Shown here: positions 13,883 through 20,000 of the stretch, piece by piece | Numbering within the stretch: the first letter of the stretch is position 1 | Layout: each line of letters begins with the position of its first letter | Virus record (IMG/VR): IMGVR_UViG_3300042540_001200 | Location: 53,681-73,680 of that record | Source of the DNA: an uncultured virus (IMG/VR IMGVR_UViG_3300042540_001200) | Lineage: Duplodnaviria > Heunggongvirae > Uroviricota > Caudoviricetes | DNA: 20,000 bases | Strand: one strand, 5' to 3' | Notes under the pieces: model-generated | Seen by the model: the letters and a program-made list of their open reading frames with translations, nothing else | What the model was told of the DNA's origin: nothing | The model's database searches: none | Program-made: the position numbers and the translations under genes

Positions 13883-16720
13883 CTACTTAATACCTGCTAA
13901 TTTTAACCATCCATCTAAACTTTCACTTTCTGCTACAGGACGCACTTGTGTTTTAGGAAGTGTAGTGTTATCAACCTTAGGACCGTTTAATCCACCACTA
14001 AGTGCTTGTAACATATAATTCATTTCTGTTTGGAATTCTTCATCACTTAATTTATTCTGTGGTGAATTTGCCCATTCATCAACTTTTTTCTTGTCTTTTT
14101 TATCATCATATTCGATATCTTTGGTAACTTTTTTACCTGCTTTTTCAGCTTTGGCATCATCTTTACCTTTATGACCTTCATCATACTCTATATCTTGAGT
14201 TACTTTTTTCCCTGCCTTTTCTGCATGTTCATCTTTTTCAGCAGTAGATTCTTCAGCAATCATTGCTAATTTCTTGAACAATCCTTCAAAAGTATAACCT
14301 TCTTCATCTAGCTTATCGTGTTGAGCACGAATCTTTGCCATTTCTTCTTTTCCTGCTCCTTCACGTCCTGCCTGCTGAAGTGCTTTCATACCTTCTTCAC
14401 CATACTTCTTTTTACCAAGATATGCTTGTAGCGCACTTTCTTCAACTTCATCTTCATGCATGGCTTCCATATAACCACATTCATTGCACTCATGTGCTGA
14501 TTCTTCCATAGGTGAACCACACTCCATACAAGATTTTTCTTCAAATGTTGCAGGTTGATCTAATGCTTCTTCAGGTACATATGATGCTGCTAAACCTGCA
14601 TCACGCATCGCTTCAGATCTTTCATCTTTTTCACCTGCTACATCTGTAGGATCGTCTGCATCATATGAATCTTCTTTAATATCTTCTTCATCGTCATCAG
14701 ATTCTGATCCACCATAATGCTTACCTGCATGATGTTTTGTTACACCATCTTTACGCTCGATACGGCCACCTGTTGATGACTTTTCTGTATGATCTTTATG
14801 ATCCTCATCATCAGCTTCTTCAACTTGTTTTTTATAACCCATTGCTTCATATTTTTTAATCACATCAGGTTCATCTCGTACTACAATTTCTTTACCTGAT
14901 GTTTTATGAACCATGTTGCACTTACCACCTGTATCTTTTACAGGACCTAAATCGTCTGATTCATCAATATCTTTAGTCTTAATCGCATTAGTGCCAGGAA
15001 TCTTTTCACCAATCTTTACGTCATCGTCTTCTAACCCTTTTGTGAAAAGATTACCTTCTTCTACTTCAGCTTCATCCATCTTATTAGCCATTGGACTCAT
15101 CTCTGCATTTCCAGGACTTGCTGTCTGTGTTTGACCTTCATCACATCCACAATCAGCCTCAACAGGTATACCAATCATTTTCTTTAAGAATGATAAATCA
15201 GTATCGCCATTATCATCATGTTCTTGTCCACCTAATTGACCTAATACTTCATCTTGATCAGTTACCTCAGGTCCCATATCATGTGCAGCATCTGCACCAC
15301 CATGACCAATACCTGCGTTACGTAATAGTTCCATCATTGATTTAGCATCTTCGCCTGATGCACTAACGCTAACGCTATCTTCTTGTCCCATCGGACCACC
15401 TGTAGAAGTTGTAACAGTTAAACCTTCTTGTAATAAAGATTGTAATTGTGAATCCCAACTTTCTTCTACTTTACCAAATTTTTTACCTTTATGCTTTGAA
15501 CGTATTGCAAATTCAATTTGATTTTGTTTTTTATACTGAGGTGAACCTTCTTTATGTGGTCCTGACTTTTTGAGTTTTGATAACATTGACTGTAACTCGT
15601 CAATTGATTTATCAGCATATTCACCTGTTTTTTCAATTTTAGCGTCACCTGCCCATTTTTCATCTAACTTTTTTGCTTCAAAGGCAAATTCACGTTGACT
15701 TGTTTCAAATGCTGATTTTTTCATACTTGGTTCCATATCTAATTGTTTATTTAATTGACGGTTGGCTTGCTGTTGTGGCACCAAATCTACCGTAGATTTT
15801 ACACCAACTGTGTCTAATGTTGCGGGTTTACGCATTGATGGTGGGAAATCATATTCTTTCTTTGCCTCATGCATAACACCTGTATCTTCCATATAACAAC
15901 TTTCAACATGTCTGCGAAGTTCTTCTAGTGGACCATGCCAAATTTTACGTGGGATACGACCTTCTTTATAATAATGATCGCACAATGCCTCATATAATCC
16001 TTCATCCATTGACCAACCTTCTTGACACATTTTGTGTTCATGTGGATAGGCTTCTAAAATTTCTTCAAGCATACTTTCCATAATAGGTTGTTTATTAGCA
16101 TCAGCACTTTCATACATACTTTCATCTTTCTTATGCTTTTTATTATATTCATCCCATGCAGTAGCATAAAGAACACCTTCCCAACGATCACCGTATTGTT
16201 TCTTAAATGCTTCTTTACGACCTTTAATCCAATCTTCCATGCCTGGAGGGGCGACTTCTTCTAAATTTTCCTCGCCTAATGCAGTAACTTCTTTATTTTT
16301 TACTGCTTTATCTAATGCAGCTTTTAATGGATCGTTAGGATCTTTAAAATCTATAACTTTCATGCCAACTGCAGCATTACCCGCAGGACGTGATGTTGCT
16401 GATGGCTGTGTAGTTGCACCAATTGAGGGTACTGCTACTTGGCTTTGATCAAGTGCGACTTCATCTAATTGCTGCTTTTCTGTTTCAATTTGTTCCATAT
16501 ACTCTTTAAGCTTATGGGTTACACTTGTTTTACCAACAGCTTTAGCAGGTTTTTTACCAATAATATCTTGAATATCTGCACCACCACTAGTATCTAATTC
16601 TTTAGATGGTTTATCATCTTTATCATCTTTTTGTGAAGAACCACCATAGGCAGTACCACTAACTTTACGTGTGCCTTCCTCAAGTTGAGAAATTTGTGCA
16701 ATAATTGATCTTAAATCCAT
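13883..16720 (-). CDS. Large acidic modular protein, putative internal head/prohead core protein, 945 aa
   Basis: AAGGA SD; very rich in E/D/K; many hydrophobic-x-E motifs; N-terminal MDLRSIIAQISQLEE; C-terminal WLKLAGIK. The CDS is certain, the function is inferred. Confidence 0.7.
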   Translation of the reverse strand: MDLRSIIAQISQLEEGTRKVSGTAYGGSSQKDDKDDKPSKELDTSGGADIQDIIGKKPAKAVGKTSVTHKLKEYMEQIETEKQQLDEVALDQSQVAVPSIGATTQPSATSRPAGNAAVGMKVIDFKDPNDPLKAALDKAVKNKEVTALGEENLEEVAPPGMEDWIKGRKEAFKKQYGDRWEGVLYATAWDEYNKKHKKDESMYESADANKQPIMESMLEEILEAYPHEHKMCQEGWSMDEGLYEALCDHYYKEGRIPRKIWHGPLEELRRHVESCYMEDTGVMHEAKKEYDFPPSMRKPATLDTVGVKSTVDLVPQQQANRQLNKQLDMEPSMKKSAFETSQREFAFEAKKLDEKWAGDAKIEKTGEYADKSIDELQSMLSKLKKSGPHKEGSPQYKKQNQIEFAIRSKHKGKKFGKVEESWDSQLQSLLQEGLTVTTSTGGPMGQEDSVSVSASGEDAKSMMELLRNAGIGHGGADAAHDMGPEVTDQDEVLGQLGGQEHDDNGDTDLSFLKKMIGIPVEADCGCDEGQTQTASPGNAEMSPMANKMDEAEVEEGNLFTKGLEDDDVKIGEKIPGTNAIKTKDIDESDDLGPVKDTGGKCNMVHKTSGKEIVVRDEPDVIKKYEAMGYKKQVEEADDEDHKDHTEKSSTGGRIERKDGVTKHHAGKHYGGSESDDDEEDIKEDSYDADDPTDVAGEKDERSEAMRDAGLAASYVPEEALDQPATFEEKSCMECGSPMEESAHECNECGYMEAMHEDEVEESALQAYLGKKKYGEEGMKALQQAGREGAGKEEMAKIRAQHDKLDEEGYTFEGLFKKLAMIAEESTAEKDEHAEKAGKKVTQDIEYDEGHKGKDDAKAEKAGKKVTKDIEYDDKKDKKKVDEWANSPQNKLSDEEFQTEMNYMLQALSGGLNGPKVDNTTLPKTQVRPVAESESLDGWLKLAGIK
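14106..14224 (-). repeat. Intragenic direct repeat, 2 copies with 75-nt period (AEKAGKKVTxDIEYD)
   Basis: Copies at about 14181-14224 and 14106-14149; the protein is nearly identical while synonymous positions have diverged. Confidence 0.85.
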
Positions 16721-16754
16721 ATTTGTTTCCTTAATTCTTCACAATGGTATATAG

Positions 16755-16762
16755 TATTTAAC
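16755..16762 (-). promoter_or_regulatory. Putative late promoter GTTAAATA
   Basis: TAAATA core 34 nt upstream of the ATG at 16720, followed by an AAGGA SD. Confidence 0.45.
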
Positions 16763-16781
16763 ATTTTTATCTAAATTTAGG

Positions 16782-16950
16782 TTAATTTTGTAAATCGCCA
16801 TTATTGGATGATGCTGTAGTGGACATTTTCAATTTGTGTGACACTTGTACTTACAACTGTTGGTGTACCAATAGTTGGAGCGTTAAAAACAAAAGCACTT
16901 GTTAGTGTTATTAACCCATAAATTGTTATACCTGATAGCGTAAATTTCAT
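16782..16950 (-). pseudogene. Truncated, frameshifted relic of an FN3-repeat fibre gene
   Basis: ATG at 16950 gives MKFTLSGITIYGLITLTSAFVFNAPTIGTPTVVSTSVTQIENVHYSIIQ* (stop at 16801). After a +1 shift it reads TASSNNGDLQN*. This matches APTIGTAALVGGSSTQIDVPYTASSSDGG of the upstream gene. Confidence 0.65.
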
Positions 16951-16962
16951 TTTTAAATATTC

Positions 16963-19900
16963 TTATCTAGTTGTATTAGCAGTATTTGTAGATGGGAATG
17001 ATCTACCTGTTCCCCATATAATACGTACAGCACCGTTGCCACCCCTACCTCCATGATTTGGGCAATTTACAACGAAACCACCTCCACCACCTCCATATAG
17101 CCCACCTGCACCTCCACCATTTGCACCATTTGTACCGCTAGATCCGCCACCGCCACCTGTATTAGGAGATGATGCACCTACTCCATTTGCACCTTGTCCA
17201 TATATTCCAACTCCACCACCTGCACCCGCACCTGCACCCCAAGGATTACCTGTAGTGCTGATCATACCTCCACCTGCTCCTCCACCTGATCCATTTCCTG
17301 CACTTACACTTGCATTGTTAGAACCGTCACCACCTGCTCCCGAATAACCTCCTGCGCCACCTCCGCCACTTGCAAACCAACCAGGCGCACATCGAGCACC
17401 ATTTCCTCCATTACCACCACCACCACCAATAAATGTTCCACCACGAACATTAGTGGGTGAAGCATTTTCACCACCATTGCCTCCACCCCCTGAAACAGTT
17501 GTAGAACTTATAAAATAACTAGGGGAACCGTTAAGCCCTGGGGCACGATTAGTTGCAGGGTTTCCTCCCGCTCCTACAACTAATGTATAAGAATTTTGAG
17601 GTACAATAGGGATATTATTTTTATATCCTAAACCGCCACCACCGCCTCCTGAAGAACCCGCACAACCACCTGCTCCTCCACCGCCACCACCACCAACTGC
17701 AACTACATTGACATTAGATACTCCCACAGGCGCAATCCAAGTATAAGTCCCAGGTGTTGTGTACTCTGCTTGAGCGTTAGCACCACCATATGTTATTGAA
17801 TTACTTGCAGGACTTTGTGGTCCTGCGCCAAATTCATTCACTGCATATACTTTAAACGTGTAAGCAGTACCTGAAGTAAGTGAAAAATTATTGCTATAAA
17901 CAATACTACCACTACTTGCTTGACTTAAAGTTGCTACTACGTTTCCTGGCGTTGATATCGCTCTATGACTTGTAATAGTTCCACCGTTAGCACTTGCAGC
18001 AGTAAATGGTACCGTTACTGTGCCTGTCGAAGTTGTTACTGTCCCTATGGAAGGTGTTGTCGGTAAATTTATACCTACGTTTGTTGACGGAAATGAACGT
18101 CCTGTGCCCCAAACAATACGTACTGCTCCATTACCTCCTCTACCACCAAATTGAGCGGGGTTATTTCTACTCCAACCTCCACCTCCTCCACCATACAAAC
18201 CACCACCTAAAACCCCACCTGCGTTGTTACCACCGTTTGTACCATTGCTACCACTAGATCCACCACCACCACCAACTCCTTCACCACTACCACCTGCACC
18301 ACTTGGTCCCTCACCATATACACCTGTGCCGCCGCCACCGCCACCACCTGAGGAAAATGGGTAAGAGCCTACGCCCCCACCACCACCGCCACCTGATCCA
18401 CTTAAAGCAGAAACAGTATTTGCGCTGCCATTAGCACCATTGCCACTGTAACCACCTGCCCCACCTCCACCTCCTGTAGACTGCCATCCTCCTGAGCCAA
18501 ATAGACCGTGACCTCCTGTTCCTCCACCATTTCCAACATGCCCCCCTCCAGCCGCATTCGCTTGAGAGTGTCTACCTGTTCCTCCCGTTCCACCATTACC
18601 TGCTACAGTAGAGGTATTAATAAAATAACTTTGACCACCACTAGAACCCCCGCTATTATTACCGCCTGCACCGCCTGATCCTGCAACAACAGTATAAGAT
18701 GACCCCCCAGTAACAGATATTGCATTTCTATAACCTAAACCACCACCACCCCCAGCTCCAACAGCCTGCCCAGGTGTTGCTCCACATGGACTACATGCGC
18801 CTGATCCCCCACCGCCTCCACCACCAATTGCAACTACGCTAACACTAGTAACACCCGCAGGTGCTACCCATGTGTAAGTTCCCGCTATATATATTGAAGC
18901 ATCAGAACCTGCGCCACTAGGTGCTGTAACTAAACTGCTTGGGTTTGAAAGTGCTCCTATACCCACAGAATTAGTTGCATATACCCTAAAAGTATAACTT
19001 TGTCCTGCAATAAATGCATTGCTCATGGTAATTGTACCGCTACTTGCTTGACTAGCAGATACAGTAAAATTATCAGGGTCACTTATAGCAGTATGAGTTG
19101 TTATAGGACTACCACCATTTGCAGGTGCAGTAAATGGCACAGATGCGGTACTACCTGAAAAAGACACGGTACCAACTGTTGCTTGGCTAGGTGCATTAGC
19201 AGGTACTACTGCATTACTTGCTGCACTATTAGGTGAATTACCAACGCTATTTGTTGCATATACAACAAACGTATAACTAGTTCCTTGTGTTAAACCTGTT
19301 ACAGTAATAGATCCACTACTTGCTTGAGATATTGTTCCTGTAATCGAACCAGGTGTACTTACCGCTGTATAACTTGTTATAGCGCTACCACCATTACTTG
19401 ATGATGCTGTATATCCCACGCTTACAGACGTATTACTCAAAACAGAAGCTGTACCAATTGTTGGAGCAGTTGGGACACTTACAGGAGTTATAGCATTACT
19501 TGCTGCACTATTAGGTGAATTACCTACACTATTTGTTGCGTATACTACAAACGTATAAGATGTCCCTGCTGTTAATCCGCTAACACGTATTGTTCCGCTA
19601 CTTGCTTGTGACAATGTCCCCGTAATTGACCCAGGTGTACTTACCGCTGTATAACTTGTGATTGCGTTACCACCATCACTTGATGATGCTGTATAGGGCA
19701 CATCAATTTGGGTGGAACTTCCACCTACAAGTGCTGCTGTACCAATCGTTGGAGCAGTTGGTACTACTGCAGGAGCGATAGAATTACTTGCTGCACTATT
19801 GGGTGAATTACCAATACTATTTGTTGCATATACAACAAAAGTATAACTTGTTCCTTGTGTTAATCCACTTACACGTATAGTACCGCTACTTGCTTGTGAT

Positions 19901-20000
19901 AATGTACCCGTAATTGACCCAGGTGTACTTACCGCTGTATAGCTTGTTATAGGTGAACCACCATTGCTTGATGATGCTGTATATGGAACATCTATTTGTG
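16963..20000 (-). CDS. Fibre/adhesin-like virion protein with at least 5 fibronectin type III repeats and two glycine-rich domains (5' end outside the window)
   Basis: The frame stays open from 19701 to 20000 (QIDVPYTASSSNGGSPITSYTAVSTPG...), so the ORF-track start is an internal GTG. FN3 signature PTAPTIG..GGSxITSY..GLTxGTSYTFVVYATNSVG; two GTYTWxAP.GV..V.VVAxGGGG...GGNGAVRIxWGTGRSFPSTN domains. Confidence 0.85.
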   Translation of the reverse strand, partial: QIDVPYTASSSNGGSPITSYTAVSTPGSITGTLSQASSGTIRVSGLTQGTSYTFVVYATNSIGNSPNSAASNSIAPAVVPTAPTIGTAALVGGSSTQIDVPYTASSSDGGNAITSYTAVSTPGSITGTLSQASSGTIRVSGLTAGTSYTFVVYATNSVGNSPNSAASNAITPVSVPTAPTIGTASVLSNTSVSVGYTASSSNGGSAITSYTAVSTPGSITGTISQASSGSITVTGLTQGTSYTFVVYATNSVGNSPNSAASNAVVPANAPSQATVGTVSFSGSTASVPFTAPANGGSPITTHTAISDPDNFTVSASQASSGTITMSNAFIAGQSYTFRVYATNSVGIGALSNPSSLVTAPSGAGSDASIYIAGTYTWVAPAGVTSVSVVAIGGGGGGGSGACSPCGATPGQAVGAGGGGGLGYRNAISVTGGSSYTVVAGSGGAGGNNSGGSSGGQSYFINTSTVAGNGGTGGTGRHSQANAAGGGHVGNGGGTGGHGLFGSGGWQSTGGGGGAGGYSGNGANGSANTVSALSGSGGGGGGGVGSYPFSSGGGGGGGTGVYGEGPSGAGGSGEGVGGGGGSSGSNGTNGGNNAGGVLGGGLYGGGGGGWSRNNPAQFGGRGGNGAVRIVWGTGRSFPSTNVGINLPTTPSIGTVTTSTGTVTVPFTAASANGGTITSHRAISTPGNVVATLSQASSGSIVYSNNFSLTSGTAYTFKVYAVNEFGAGPQSPASNSITYGGANAQAEYTTPGTYTWIAPVGVSNVNVVAVGGGGGGGAGGCAGSSGGGGGGLGYKNNIPIVPQNSYTLVVGAGGNPATNRAPGLNGSPSYFISSTTVSGGGGNGGENASPTNVRGGTFIGGGGGNGGNGARCAPGWFASGGGGAGGYSGAGGDGSNNASVSAGNGSGGGAGGGMISTTGNPWGAGAGAGGGVGIYGQGANGVGASSPNTGGGGGSSGTNGANGGGAGGLYGGGGGGFVVNCPNHGGRGGNGAVRIIWGTGRSFPSTNTANTTR
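19205..20000 (-). repeat. Tandem near-identical FN3-coding repeats (periods 288 and 282 nt)
   Basis: Anchor GATGCTGT at 19973, 19685 and 19403; long shared stretches such as CCAGGTGTACTTACCGCTGTATA in all three copies. Confidence 0.9.

Noticed and set aside
1306..18257. Plus-strand ORFs in the track (for example 1306..1620, 11718..12290, 16239..16448, 18006..18257)
   Set aside because: All lie antisense to well-supported minus-strand genes, lack recognisable motifs and reflect codon bias of the real genes.
15466..18596. Short alternative-frame minus-strand ORFs (15466..15663, 17304..17486, 18402..18596)
   Set aside because: Nested out of frame in long genes; they are by-products of Lys/Glu-rich or GGN-rich codon runs.
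16963..18890. Collagen-like or PE-PGRS protein
   Set aside because: No sustained Gly-X-Y triplets and no PE domain; the pattern fits phage glycine-rich domains.
16963..20000. CRISPR array or diversity-generating retroelement suggested by the repeats
   Set aside because: The repeats are in-frame protein domains with no repeat-spacer structure. Differences between copies are not confined to adenines, and no reverse transcriptase is present in the window.

Overview
All real genes in this AT-rich window lie on the minus strand. Together they form part of the virion-morphogenesis region of a large tailed phage. Gene content and order recall Rak2/GAP32-like and freshwater 'huge' phages; this is an inference from recall, not a search result. 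In transcription order (high to low coordinates): a 5'-truncated FN3-repeat plus double glycine-rich-domain fibre protein; a small frameshifted relic of such a gene; a 945-aa acidic modular protein dotted with T4-gp21-type protease sites (likely internal head protein); a terminator; a 1330-aa repetitive tail fibre with a C-terminal autocleaving chaperone-like domain; a GH19 lysozyme; an HNH homing endonuclease; a 1438-aa Ig-repeat baseplate-type protein with large domain insertions; a 250-aa fibre/baseplate protein; a hypothetical; a DnaE (Pol III alpha) fragment ending just before the catalytic aspartates; a hypothetical; a GroES co-chaperonin; two hypotheticals; and two tandem flavin-dependent (tryptophan halogenase-like) genes. 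No RNA genes or CRISPR arrays were seen. The most interesting leads are the truncated or split DnaE, the tandem compact halogenases, the putative head polyprotein and the domain insertions within Ig folds.
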